Shown in pieces: positions 16,572 to 26,811 of a DNA stretch of 46,334 bases. The stretch's first letter is position 1; each line of letters opens with the position of its first letter. Where the stretch lies: NCBI GenBank assembly GCA_903821745.1, contig CAIJMI010000002.1, positions 1-46,334 on the forward strand, read 5' to 3'. Below the pieces are notes generated by a model, which searched no databases, had not been told where the DNA came from, and worked only from the letters and a program-made list of their open reading frames with translations. The translations under genes and the position numbers were made by a program. The stretch comes from Candidatus Gottesmanbacteria bacterium. Its GTDB lineage: Bacteria; Patescibacteriota; Microgenomatia; UBA10105; UBA927.

Positions 16572-18755
16572 ATGAAGATTGTAAAAAAATCCGTTGAAGT
16601 CGGTGGACGTACATTATCTCTTGAAGTTGGTCGGTTTGCAGAACAGGCAAGCGCAGCCGTGGTTGCCCAATATGGTGAAACCATGGTACTTGCAGCAGTG
16701 ACTGCATCAAGCAAAGAAACAACCCTCGACTATTTCCCACTTTCTGTTGAATACGTTGAGCGGCTTTATGCCGGTGGACGCATCAAGGGATCACGTTGGG
16801 TCAAACGGGAAGGCAGACCAACAGATGATGCCGTCCTTGCAGGACGGGTCATTGATCGGTCTATCCGCCCATTGTTTCCAAAAACATACAAACATGATGT
16901 CCAGGTAATTATCACGACTCTTTCCGTTGACGGAGAAAATGATCCAGATGTGTTGGGACTTGTTGCAGCATCAGCTGCCATTGCCATTTCTGAAGTCCCA
17001 TGGAATGGACCAGTCGGAGGTGTCCGTGTCGGATACGTCAAAGATGATGGATCAGACAAAGGAACAATCCTAATTAACCCAACTGCACCACAACAGGAAT
17101 CCAGTGAATTTGATTTTGTTGTTTCTTCCAATGCAGAACGCGTCATGATGCTTGAAGGAGGATTCTGCGAAACACCGGAAGAAGTGGTATTTGAAGCAGT
17201 AGAACAAGCAAAAGTTGCCAACAAAGCAATCATTGATTGTATCAACGAGTTAGTCAAAGATGTTGGCAAAACAAAAGCAGTCATTATTGAACCTGCATCA
17301 ACAGAAGAGCTTGAAGAAAAACTGAAAAAAGATTTCAAGAGCGAACTGGATGACCAATTCAAAAAAACAACCCAAAAAGAAGGTGGAGACACTGGCATGG
17401 GGGATCTCGCAAAAGTGATTGCCGAAAAATATGAACAGGTTTACACGATTCCACAAATCATGGCTGCAATTGACCATATTTTCAAAAACAGAATTCGTGA
17501 GGACGTCTTAGTGCATAGTAAACGTGTCGATGGAAGAAAAATTGATGAAGTCCGACCAATTACCATGGATTTGAGCTTGCTCCCACGGACGCACGGAAGC
17601 GCAATGTTCAAACGGGGTCAGACACAAGTTTTGACTGTTGCAACACTTGGCTCTCCGGACATGGCACAGCTGATTGAAAGCCCAACAGGAGAAGAATCAC
17701 GCCGGTATATTCATCATTACAGTATGCCTCCATATTCCGTTGGAGAAACAGGCCGTGTAGGAACACCATCACGCCGGGAAATTGGACATGGAGCACTTGC
17801 AGAACGGGCACTCATTGCGGTCATTCCTGATGAATCAGATTTTCCATACACCATTCGCTTGGTGTCAGAAATTATGTCGTCCAATGGATCAACATCCATG
17901 GCATCAACCTGCGGATCAACACTTGCCCTTATGGATGCGGGAGTTCCAATTAAAGAACCAGTTGCTGGTATCTCCGTTGGACTCATGACCAATCCAAAAG
18001 ACAAAAAAGAATTCGTGCTTCTTACCGACATCGTCGGAGTCGAAGATTTCGGTGGAGACATGGATTTCAAAGTAGCAGGGACCAAAAATGGTATCACGGC
18101 AATACAACTCGACATGAAAGTGGACGGTATTAGCGATGAAATCGTCAAAGGAGCATTGGAACGTGCAAAAATTGCACGTGCCATGATCTTGGAAAAGATG
18201 CATGCATTAATTGCTGAATCAAGACCAAATCTTTCCCAATATGCACCAAAAGTGCAGATGATTAAGATTCCGGTAGATAGCATTGGTACGGTGATCGGAC
18301 CGGGTGGAAAGATGATCCGGCAAATTCAAACCATCACGGGAGCAATCCTTGATGTGAAAGATGACGGATCCGTATTTATCACCGCCGTGAAGAAAGAAGC
18401 AGTTGATAAGGCCGCAGCATGGATTGAAGGACTGACCCATGAAGTGAAAGCAGGAGAAGAATACGAAGGGGAAGTCAAACGCCTGATGGCATTTGGAGCA
18501 TTTGTGGAAATTCTTCCAGGAAAAGAAGGATTAGTCCACGTGTCACAGATGTCAACATCGTTTGTTCAGGATCCATCAACAGTTGTTGAAATTGGACAAA
18601 AAGTAAAAGTACGGGTGATTGAAATTGATGATCAAGGACGGGTAAACCTTTCCATGCTTTTCGGTGATGATGCAGCAAAAGCACCATCCCGGGAACACAG
18701 AGAAGGTGGAGATCGTCCACGTCGACCATTCAATCGCGGACCACGACGATATTAA
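16572..18755 (+). CDS. pnp: Polyribonucleotide nucleotidyltransferase (PNPase)
   Basis: FPLSVEYVERLYAGGRIKG, RREIGHGALAERAL, SNGSTSMAS, GDMDFKVAGT, KH and S1 domains. Confidence 0.99.
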   Translation: MKIVKKSVEVGGRTLSLEVGRFAEQASAAVVAQYGETMVLAAVTASSKETTLDYFPLSVEYVERLYAGGRIKGSRWVKREGRPTDDAVLAGRVIDRSIRPLFPKTYKHDVQVIITTLSVDGENDPDVLGLVAASAAIAISEVPWNGPVGGVRVGYVKDDGSDKGTILINPTAPQQESSEFDFVVSSNAERVMMLEGGFCETPEEVVFEAVEQAKVANKAIIDCINELVKDVGKTKAVIIEPASTEELEEKLKKDFKSELDDQFKKTTQKEGGDTGMGDLAKVIAEKYEQVYTIPQIMAAIDHIFKNRIREDVLVHSKRVDGRKIDEVRPITMDLSLLPRTHGSAMFKRGQTQVLTVATLGSPDMAQLIESPTGEESRRYIHHYSMPPYSVGETGRVGTPSRREIGHGALAERALIAVIPDESDFPYTIRLVSEIMSSNGSTSMASTCGSTLALMDAGVPIKEPVAGISVGLMTNPKDKKEFVLLTDIVGVEDFGGDMDFKVAGTKNGITAIQLDMKVDGISDEIVKGALERAKIARAMILEKMHALIAESRPNLSQYAPKVQMIKIPVDSIGTVIGPGGKMIRQIQTITGAILDVKDDGSVFITAVKKEAVDKAAAWIEGLTHEVKAGEEYEGEVKRLMAFGAFVEILPGKEGLVHVSQMSTSFVQDPSTVVEIGQKVKVRVIEIDDQGRVNLSMLFGDDAAKAPSREHREGGDRPRRPFNRGPRRY

Positions 18756-18777
18756 ACATTCATGGTATCATGGATGT

Positions 18778-19869
18778 ATGTCATCCCTGTCTGACAGAGT
18801 ATCGCTTTTACGTCGAACCCTTCAAGGAATTCAAATTCCTCCAGAGTTATCCATGCGCATGAGCGGATATTTTGAGGAAATTGAACGCTTGCAGAATGAT
18901 ATTGCAGCACAAGTGCACATTGAACAGCTTCTGGATTACATTGATTGGATCGTGAACCTTCCATGGAATGCAAAATCTGTTGATGCCATTGATATTGCAA
19001 AAGCAACGGAGATGCTCAACAAAAATCATTACGGTATGCAGTCCGTGAAGGACAAGATTATAGAATATTTGGCAGTACTGAAATTACAGCAGGAAAAAGG
19101 AATCGAAGAAAAAGAACTGAAAAACGGAGACACAGGAATGGTACATGGCATGCTTGCCAGACGCGCCCCAATTCTTTGTCTTATTGGTTTGGTTGGAACC
19201 GGAAAAACGACACTCGCAAAATCCGTTGCTGAAGCAATGGGAAGAAAGTTTATTCGTATTCCATTTGGAGGATTATCCGATTCATTGGATTTAAGAGGAC
19301 AATCGCGGGTTCGTCCGGATGCAGAAATAGGACTTATCCTCAAGGGGCTCCGGTATGCAGGAACCAGAAACCCGGTCATGCTTCTTGACGAAGTTGACCG
19401 CGTGGCAGAACATGCACGTGGTGACATCATGGGAGTCTTGGTCGAGCTGTTGGACCCGGAACAGAACAAAGCATTTACGGACCATTATTTAGATTATCCG
19501 TTTGATTTGTCCGATGTCCTGTTTATCGCAACGGCAAACAATACTACAAATATTTCAACGGCAGTGCTTGACCGTCTTGAGGTCATACAAATGCCGTCGT
19601 ATTCAGATCAAGAAAAAATAACAATCGCAAGAGAGTATGTATTACCAGAATTGTTGCGATCATCGGGACTTACAAAGGAGAACTTAACAATTGATGATGC
19701 AGTATGGCCGAAGCTCGTCAGGCCATTGGGGTATGATGCCGGTATCCGTTCTATTGAACGGACCATTAATGGCGTCTGCCGAAAAGTAGCACGGGCAATA
19801 GTAGAAGGAAAAGGAAAAACGTACCACATTACAGAGGAGAATGTGAAAGAGTATGTAGAAACGTATTAA
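18778..19869 (+). CDS. Lon-type AAA+ ATPase module without N-domain and protease domain
   Basis: YIDWIVNLPW, HYGMQSVKDKIIEYLAV, Walker A GLVGTGKTT, Walker B MLLDEVD, LLDPEQNKAFTDHYLDYPFDLSDVLFIATAN; ends after the lid domain. Start set at ATG 18778. Confidence 0.9.
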   Translation: MSSLSDRVSLLRRTLQGIQIPPELSMRMSGYFEEIERLQNDIAAQVHIEQLLDYIDWIVNLPWNAKSVDAIDIAKATEMLNKNHYGMQSVKDKIIEYLAVLKLQQEKGIEEKELKNGDTGMVHGMLARRAPILCLIGLVGTGKTTLAKSVAEAMGRKFIRIPFGGLSDSLDLRGQSRVRPDAEIGLILKGLRYAGTRNPVMLLDEVDRVAEHARGDIMGVLVELLDPEQNKAFTDHYLDYPFDLSDVLFIATANNTTNISTAVLDRLEVIQMPSYSDQEKITIAREYVLPELLRSSGLTKENLTIDDAVWPKLVRPLGYDAGIRSIERTINGVCRKVARAIVEGKGKTYHITEENVKEYVETY

Positions 19870-19870
19870 T

Positions 19871-21676
19871 ATGAAACAATTTTTTAAACAGAAAGATCAA
19901 AACAAAAAACCATGGAGATTCCATGGACCAAAACAGTATAAACCACAACAAACCCAACAATTCACACAACAATTTGTCGGATCAGCAGTAGCAAGAAGCT
20001 CAGGGAAAGAAACACTTCGGATTATTCCAGTTGGAGGAAGTGGCAACGTGACAAAAAACATGTTTGCCTATGAACTCCGGTATGACGGGAAGATAAAAGA
20101 GATTCTCATTGTCGACTGCGGTATCGGATTTCCGGATGCGGATATGTACGGCGTTGACGTCGTCATTCCGGATGTCCGGTATTTGGAAGACAAGAAACAA
20201 TATATCAAAGGATTGGTATTTACCCATGGTCATGATGACCATATCGGAGCAATTCCCTATATCTATCCAAAACTTGGGAACATTCCCATGTGGGGAACAC
20301 CACTGACCGCAGCATTTGCAAATTTGAAACTTAAAGAGACCAATATACAAACCCGTGTAACTCCTGTTGAATTTACAACACAGCTGACTATTGGCTCATT
20401 TAAAGTGTCATTTGTGAGAATGACCCATTCCGTACCAGATACGGCCAATTTAATTATTGAAACACCGGTAGGTATTTTTTACCACGGGAGTGATTTCAAG
20501 TTCGATTTTGATCCCTTGGACGGAAAAAAATCAGAGATAGAGAAAATTAATGCGGTTGGCAACCGGGGAGTTATGTGTTTGCTCACGGATTCATTGGGAA
20601 GTGAACGCCCTGGGTTTACGCCATCAGAGCAAAAAATTCGGGATGCCATAGAACGAGAACTTGCAATGTGCCCGGGAAAGTTTTTGTTCACGACACAATC
20701 ATCTAATATTTCCCGTATCCAGCTTGCCATTGACATTGCAATTGCAGCTGGCAGAAAGATTGCATTTTTTGGTAGAAGCATTGATAAAAATGTTGAGGAA
20801 GCATTTGCTCTTGGGTATATGAAATTCCCGCGGGATATGGTTGTTCGCGATCGGGATTTGAAAAAAATGCCAGCATCAAAAATGTTTTTGATTGTTGCAG
20901 GTGCCCAGGGGCAGCCGGAATCAGCACTCACTCGAATGGCAAATGATAATCATACGTTTGTCACCATTTCAGATGGAGATACCGTGATGTTTAGTGCAGA
21001 TCCAATTCCCGGAAATGAAGGTAGTGTTAACACTATCATTGACCAGATTTACCGGACTGGTGCACGGGTTTCCTACACCAGCATTTCAGAAGACTTGCAT
21101 GTATCAGGACACGGAAGCCAGGGGGATCACATGCTGATGCTTACTGCTCTTGGACCACAATACATTTTGCCAATCGGTGGCACCTATCGGCACATGATGA
21201 ATTACCGGATTATTGCAACAGAATGCGGATACCGAAAAAATCAAATATTACTTCCAGAAGAAGGGGATATATTGGAATTTTCAAAATTCGGTCCACCGAA
21301 AGTGGTACAACATATCGCACTTGAAAATGTGATGGTTGATGGACTGGGAATTGGAGACGTTGGAAATATTGTACTTCGCGATCGGCAGACTATTGCCAAT
21401 GAAGGCATTGTGGTTGTTGTCGTTCCAGTTGAAAAATCATCAGGACGGGTGACGAGTGAACCAGACATTATTTCCCGGGGATTTGTGTATATCAAAGAAT
21501 CAGGAGAATTGTTAAATCGCGCAAAACGTCTAGTGAATGAATCACTTCGTGTGAAGCATGGACGTGCAATGGATTGGCACTATATGCGTGAACTGATTGA
21601 AGATAATTTACAGAAGTTTTTAAAGAAAGAAACCGGTAGACAGCCACTGATCGTTCCGGTTATTTTGGAGGTATAA
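19871..21676 (+). CDS. rnj: Ribonuclease J
   Basis: THGHDDHIGA, HSVPD, DFKFD, HVSGHGS, VMVDGLGIGDVGNIVLRDR, ISRGFVY. Confidence 0.97.
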   Translation: MKQFFKQKDQNKKPWRFHGPKQYKPQQTQQFTQQFVGSAVARSSGKETLRIIPVGGSGNVTKNMFAYELRYDGKIKEILIVDCGIGFPDADMYGVDVVIPDVRYLEDKKQYIKGLVFTHGHDDHIGAIPYIYPKLGNIPMWGTPLTAAFANLKLKETNIQTRVTPVEFTTQLTIGSFKVSFVRMTHSVPDTANLIIETPVGIFYHGSDFKFDFDPLDGKKSEIEKINAVGNRGVMCLLTDSLGSERPGFTPSEQKIRDAIERELAMCPGKFLFTTQSSNISRIQLAIDIAIAAGRKIAFFGRSIDKNVEEAFALGYMKFPRDMVVRDRDLKKMPASKMFLIVAGAQGQPESALTRMANDNHTFVTISDGDTVMFSADPIPGNEGSVNTIIDQIYRTGARVSYTSISEDLHVSGHGSQGDHMLMLTALGPQYILPIGGTYRHMMNYRIIATECGYRKNQILLPEEGDILEFSKFGPPKVVQHIALENVMVDGLGIGDVGNIVLRDRQTIANEGIVVVVVPVEKSSGRVTSEPDIISRGFVYIKESGELLNRAKRLVNESLRVKHGRAMDWHYMRELIEDNLQKFLKKETGRQPLIVPVILEV

Positions 21677-21678
21677 GG

Positions 21679-23511
21679 TTACACTTTAGGAGATAATCCT
21701 CGGTCAACGCGGTTGCGTTCGACGGATGTTAAAAATTTCTTTCGAAGTCGAAGATTAATAGGTGTGATTTCAAGAAGTTCATCTTCTTCCACAAAGTCCA
21801 AACATTGTTCCAGTGAAAACACGGTTGGTGGATCCAGTTGAATGGCAATGTCAGCATTTGCAGAATGAATATTTGTTAATTTTTTAATTTTACAGACATT
21901 GATTTCAATGTCATCCTGTCTTGTGTTCATTCCGATAATCATTCCTGCATAGACGGGGACGCCCGGACCAATAAATGCCTTTCCCCGTTCCTGTACGGTT
22001 TGGAGTGCGTACCCAGTTGATTTTCCTGTTTCAAATGCGATAAGGACACCATTTCGAAGTTTTGGTACATGTGCGCCAAGGGGAAAATAGCCGATGAAAC
22101 GAGTTGAGAAAATGCCGTTTCCTCGGGTCTTGGTCATGATATCTCCCCGAAATCCGAGTAAATTTCTGCTGGAAACTTTGTAGACCATCCGGGTAACACC
22201 GCGGTCTGATGTAAAGGTATCAAGCATTTCTGCTTTTCGTTTTCCAAGTTCTTCCGTTATAACACCAACATAGGCATTATCAATTTCAATCGTAATTTCT
22301 TCGAATGGTTCCTGTGTTTGTCCGTCAATCTCTTTGAGGATTACTTCTGGTTTTCCAACCTGCATTTCATATCCTTCACGTCGCAAGTTTTCAAGCAGAA
22401 TTGCCAAGTGCAGTTCTCCGCGTCCGGCAACGATAAATCCGTTTCCCTGCGGATTGTCCGTGATATTAATACCGATATTTGTCTGTTTTTCCTTCAAAAG
22501 TCGGGCATGAATCTGTCTTGCAGTACAGAATTTTCCTTCGCGTCCTGCAAAAGGACTGGTGTTTGCAGACAGGGAAATTTTCAAAGTTGGCTCCTCGAGT
22601 TTAATGGTTGGATACCCGGTTGGATCGGATGGGTCAGTAATGGTTTGACCAATCGCAACATCAGGTATTCCAGTAACCGCGACAATATCACCGGTTTTTG
22701 CAATCGTTGTTTCGACCCGTTTGAGTCCCACGCTCGTAAACACCTGTTCGATTTTGTATTGTCCGACTTTTTCATTTTCATTTAAAAGCAAAATGGATTG
22801 TCCTGGGGAAATGGTTCCCTGGGTCAATTTTCCAATTGCATATGTTCCTTTGTAATCATCAAAATCAAGCGTAGAAACCAACATTTTTGTTGGCATATCT
22901 GCATTTGCTTTTGGTGGAGGAATCACTTTTAAGATGGATTCAAAGACAGGTGTCAGATCGGCATCTGCATTCATATCTTCCGGATACGGATCCCATGCTT
23001 TTCCCTGTCGACCGATTGCATAGATAACTGGATACATAAGGTCATCTTCATGTGTTGCAAGATGAAGGAATAGCTCTTCAATTTCTTTGACTACTTCTTC
23101 GACCCGTGCATCTTTGCGGTCAATTTTGTTCACAACAACGATGAGTTTTAAATGCAGTTCGAGTGCTTTTTTGAGCACGAACTGTGTCTGTGGAAGGGGA
23201 CCTTCTGCAGCATCAACAACGAGAACGGCACCGTCTGCCATATTAATGGTACGTTCTACCTCTCCTGAGAAGTCTGCATGCCCTGGAGTATCAATGATAT
23301 TGATCTTTGTCCCGTTATACATAACTGAGGTGTTTTTGGCCAATATGGTGATTCCCTTTTCGCGTTCCAGAGGATTGGCATCAAGAATGGTGGTTTGGTT
23401 CATTTCAGCTTCATTATCCCGGAATGTATGGGTCTGTTTGAGCATCCCGTCAACGAGTGTGGTTTTTCCGTGGTCAACGTGAGCGATAATGGCAACATTT
23501 CGAATATCCAT
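21679..23511 (-). CDS. typA: Translational GTPase TypA/BipA
   Basis: IRNVAIIAHVDHGKTTLVD, EREKGITILAKN, GRGELHL, ELLEITPINLRLRK; start set at ATG 23511. Confidence 0.98.
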   Translation of the reverse strand: MDIRNVAIIAHVDHGKTTLVDGMLKQTHTFRDNEAEMNQTTILDANPLEREKGITILAKNTSVMYNGTKINIIDTPGHADFSGEVERTINMADGAVLVVDAAEGPLPQTQFVLKKALELHLKLIVVVNKIDRKDARVEEVVKEIEELFLHLATHEDDLMYPVIYAIGRQGKAWDPYPEDMNADADLTPVFESILKVIPPPKANADMPTKMLVSTLDFDDYKGTYAIGKLTQGTISPGQSILLLNENEKVGQYKIEQVFTSVGLKRVETTIAKTGDIVAVTGIPDVAIGQTITDPSDPTGYPTIKLEEPTLKISLSANTSPFAGREGKFCTARQIHARLLKEKQTNIGINITDNPQGNGFIVAGRGELHLAILLENLRREGYEMQVGKPEVILKEIDGQTQEPFEEITIEIDNAYVGVITEELGKRKAEMLDTFTSDRGVTRMVYKVSSRNLLGFRGDIMTKTRGNGIFSTRFIGYFPLGAHVPKLRNGVLIAFETGKSTGYALQTVQERGKAFIGPGVPVYAGMIIGMNTRQDDIEINVCKIKKLTNIHSANADIAIQLDPPTVFSLEQCLDFVEEDELLEITPINLRLRKKFLTSVERNRVDRGLSPKV

Positions 23512-23576
23512 AGAAAAAAGAAATCCCCGCCCTAGCGACAATAAATCGTAGCGGGGAATACTTACATAGTATACCA
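23512..23576 (-). promoter_or_regulatory. typA extended -10 promoter and terminator-like leader hairpin
   Basis: Minus: TGGTATACT (23576-23568), then TCCCCGC...GCGGGGA stem followed by TTTCTTTTTTCT directly before ATG. Confidence 0.65.
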
Positions 23577-23656
23577 CTTTTGAGACCCCCCGGCTAGGCA
23601 TTGATTTTTGAGTTCTTGTTGAACTTATATCTATTTTTTTCTATACTGTTACAAGT

Positions 23657-25837
23657 ATGCAACGGAAACGAAAATATCGAAAACGAGGACCATTTAACTT
23701 AAAACTGAAGAAGCAAACCATTTATACTGTCTCAGCAATCTGGCTGTGGATTTTCTCCGCTATCATTATTTGTTCATTTTTTGGAGAAGGAACCGCGCTG
23801 ATGCGCCTTCGGGATGAACTGTATACCAAAATTGGATGGCTCATGTATCCGCTTCCGGTATTTTTAGTTTCATTAAGCATGTTATTTTTTAAAGTGAAAT
23901 CCGATCTTGCAAAACCCAATGTTCCGACCGGATTTTTCTTGTTTTTACTTTCACTTATCGGTCTGACACAAGCGGGAACTATGGGTGAATGGATGATGCG
24001 GGTGTTATCTGATTCTATAACGGTAGAGGTTGCGTATCTTATTCTCATCGGTATTTTCATTGTTGGACTTATTATAGAATTTAATACGTCACTCGACGGA
24101 TTTGTAAACGTCCTTCTTATGGGTATCCAGCGGATTATGGAATGGGTGGGTGGATTCTTTAAACATCTCTTCTCTCCAAAAGACACGTTTGTGAACGGGC
24201 AAAAACAAATAAAAATCAAAGGTGGGGAATTTATGGACAAACCCATGACCATTAAAGGGTCCGCACCAATTGTCCATACACCCCCAACAGGAAAACCGGC
24301 ACCCGTTGCCGCAGGAACACAAAAACCAATGGATCTTGGAGGAGATTTTAAGATTAACAGTTCCATGGCGCCACAAGAACAACTCATTTGGGAATATCCG
24401 CCTATTTCCCTTCTTTCTGACGGACCGAATCAGCGGGCTGATCGGGGAGATGTGAAATACAACGCAGACACTATTAAAAAGACCTTGGGATCATTCGGTA
24501 TTATGGCAAATGTTGTTGAGGTAAACAAAGGACCGGCCATTACCGAATATGCATTGGAAATTGCACTCGGTACCAAAGTTTCAAAAATCCAGTCATTATC
24601 AAGCGACCTTGCCCTTGCTCTTGCAGCGCCAACTGGACAAGTCCGTATTCAAACCCCAATTCCGGGACGAAATCTCGTTGGCATTGAGATTCCAAATCGT
24701 GGCCTTGAGTTTGTTACCCTTAAACACATGCTGGAATCCGATGTGTTAACGAAAGCAAAAAGTAAATTAACGGTTGCCCTTGGACTTGATGTAGCCGGAA
24801 ATCCGGTGACGGTTGATATTGGAAAAATGCCGCATATGCTCATTGCAGGAACCACAGGCTCCGGAAAATCCGTGCTCGTGAATGCATTTATCAATTCACT
24901 GCTTTTTAGGACAACACCACAGGAAGTAAAACTTATCATGATTGATCCAAAGAGGGTAGAGCTTACGGGATACAACGGCATTCCGCATTTACTTGCTCCC
25001 GTCATTGTGGATGCAGATAAAGCATTAAGTGCGATGCACTATGCAGTCAAAGAAATGGAAAACCGGTACAAACAACTGGCAGAAGTGGGAGTGAAAAATA
25101 TTGACAGCTTTAATGAGCTTGCTGGCATGCAGTCCATGCCGTACATCATTATCTTTATTGATGAACTTGCAACCCTCATGGCGTACGCGCCTGTTGATGC
25201 TGAGGATACGATTTGTAAAATTGCACAAATGTCTCGTGCAGTTGGGATTCATTTAGTCCTTGCTACACAACGGCCAAGCGTTGATGTTATCACGGGACTT
25301 ATCAAAGCAAATATTCCTGCTCGTATCGCATTTAATGTGTCATCCATGATTGATAGCCGTGTGGTTCTCGATATGCCGGGTGCAGAAAAACTGCTTGGTC
25401 GGGGAGACATGCTGTTTATTCCACCGGATCAAAGCAAACCTACCCGTATTCAAGGAACCTATGTTTCAGAACAGGAAGTGAACAAAGTCGTCGAATTTTT
25501 GAAGACAAAAAATTCACCGGTCCAATATACCGAAGAAGTAATGAATACGCCAGTCTCTGCCATGCATAAAAGTGGAGGCGGGGTGAGTGTTTCAGAAGAC
25601 GGAAAAGACCCGTTATTTGATGAAGCGTTCCGGCTTATTTGTCAGCATGACAAAGCATCCGCGTCGCTTTTACAGCGAAGACTGTCTGTCGGATATGCAC
25701 GGGCTGCACGCATTTTGGATCAATTGGAATCTGAAGGAATTATCAGCGCCGGTGAAGGGGCAAAACCTCGGGATGTCCTCATCAAAAATCCCGATGAATA
25801 CTACGCAAATCAACAAGCTGCTCAACAACAAGGATAG
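23657..25837 (+). CDS. ftsK: DNA translocase FtsK/SpoIIIE
   Basis: N-terminal TM helices, PHMLIAGTTGSGKSV, IDPKRVEL, LATQRPSVDVITGLIKAN, gamma domain SASLLQRRLSVGYARAARILD. Confidence 0.98.
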   Translation: MQRKRKYRKRGPFNLKLKKQTIYTVSAIWLWIFSAIIICSFFGEGTALMRLRDELYTKIGWLMYPLPVFLVSLSMLFFKVKSDLAKPNVPTGFFLFLLSLIGLTQAGTMGEWMMRVLSDSITVEVAYLILIGIFIVGLIIEFNTSLDGFVNVLLMGIQRIMEWVGGFFKHLFSPKDTFVNGQKQIKIKGGEFMDKPMTIKGSAPIVHTPPTGKPAPVAAGTQKPMDLGGDFKINSSMAPQEQLIWEYPPISLLSDGPNQRADRGDVKYNADTIKKTLGSFGIMANVVEVNKGPAITEYALEIALGTKVSKIQSLSSDLALALAAPTGQVRIQTPIPGRNLVGIEIPNRGLEFVTLKHMLESDVLTKAKSKLTVALGLDVAGNPVTVDIGKMPHMLIAGTTGSGKSVLVNAFINSLLFRTTPQEVKLIMIDPKRVELTGYNGIPHLLAPVIVDADKALSAMHYAVKEMENRYKQLAEVGVKNIDSFNELAGMQSMPYIIIFIDELATLMAYAPVDAEDTICKIAQMSRAVGIHLVLATQRPSVDVITGLIKANIPARIAFNVSSMIDSRVVLDMPGAEKLLGRGDMLFIPPDQSKPTRIQGTYVSEQEVNKVVEFLKTKNSPVQYTEEVMNTPVSAMHKSGGGVSVSEDGKDPLFDEAFRLICQHDKASASLLQRRLSVGYARAARILDQLESEGIISAGEGAKPRDVLIKNPDEYYANQQAAQQQG

Positions 25838-25852
25838 TTTTTCTTCCACATT

Positions 25853-26488
25853 ATGAATACCGTTGGTACCATGTTAAAGGAAGCGCGAACTAAGAAAGGC
25901 ATCTCCTTAAATGACGTTGAAAAACAGACAAAAATTCGGTTGAAATTTTTGGAAGCAATTGAGCGAGATGCCTACGAATTATTACCGTCTCCTATTTATG
26001 CCAAAGGATTTGTCAAAAATTACAGTTCGTATTTAGGCCTGGATAGCACTGTGATTATGGCGTTTTTCCGTCGGCAAACCAATGAGGTGAAGCGGTCGAT
26101 CCTGCTGCCAAAAAAAACACAGGATATTGAGTCAAAAGGATTTCGTCTGACACCGGGTCGTTTTATCACGTTTTTGTTAATCGGACTTACCGTGTTGTTC
26201 CTTTCTTATTTTGGTCTCCAATATGGGCAATTACAACGGCCACCAGAGTTAACGATTACCAAGCCAAAAAATGAATCAATTGTTGGAGAGAAGAAATTGG
26301 ATGTATTTGGTGAAACCAATATGGATGCAACAGTGACTGTAAACGGATTGAGTGTAACTGTTCGAAGCGATGGAAAATTTTTTACCCAGGTAGCGCTTGA
26401 GCCGGGAGTTAATACGATAATGGTTGTTTCAACATCCAGATTTGGCAAAACCAAAACAGAAGTGAGAAAAGTAGGACTACAACAATAA
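25853..26488 (+). CDS. RodZ-like HTH membrane protein with C-terminal Ig-like domain
   Basis: VGTMLKEAR...TKIRLKFLEAIE...YAKGFVKNYSSYLGLD, one TM, beta-rich C-terminus; follows ftsK. Confidence 0.85.
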   Translation: MNTVGTMLKEARTKKGISLNDVEKQTKIRLKFLEAIERDAYELLPSPIYAKGFVKNYSSYLGLDSTVIMAFFRRQTNEVKRSILLPKKTQDIESKGFRLTPGRFITFLLIGLTVLFLSYFGLQYGQLQRPPELTITKPKNESIVGEKKLDVFGETNMDATVTVNGLSVTVRSDGKFFTQVALEPGVNTIMVVSTSRFGKTKTEVRKVGLQQ

Positions 26489-26544
26489 CTCATTGACAGA
26501 GAATTTGTTTTGGTTTATTGTTATTCTACATTTGATTCCTGCCT

Positions 26545-26811
26545 ATGGATCCAGTACAGATCACCATCATTATTATTAGCTTCATTTTAACGACCCTCAT
26601 CGTCATTTTAAGCATTCAGGTTTTTCACATTATGAAAGAATTCCGTATCTCTATTCAAAAGGTAAATAAAATGCTGGATGATGGTGGAAAAGTAACCGGT
26701 ATTGTAAGTGATTCTGCAACAGGACTTGCAGGATTTTTTGGCGGTATTAAAGCAGGAATGAACATTTTATCGATGTTTAAAAAGGAGAGAGAACATGAAC
26801 GAGAATCGTGA
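26545..26811 (+). CDS. Small membrane protein (DUF948/YtxG-like)
   Basis: N-terminal TM plus amphipathic helix; overlaps the YtxH-like gene. Confidence 0.6.
   Translation: MDPVQITIIIISFILTTLIVILSIQVFHIMKEFRISIQKVNKMLDDGGKVTGIVSDSATGLAGFFGGIKAGMNILSMFKKEREHERES

Noticed and set aside
18664-18777. ORF-track N-terminal extensions (Lon-like, grpE, typA, mltG, rlmN, MazG-like, plsC-like)
   Set aside because: They overlap neighbouring genes or promoters; downstream ATGs match family starts and -10 spacing.
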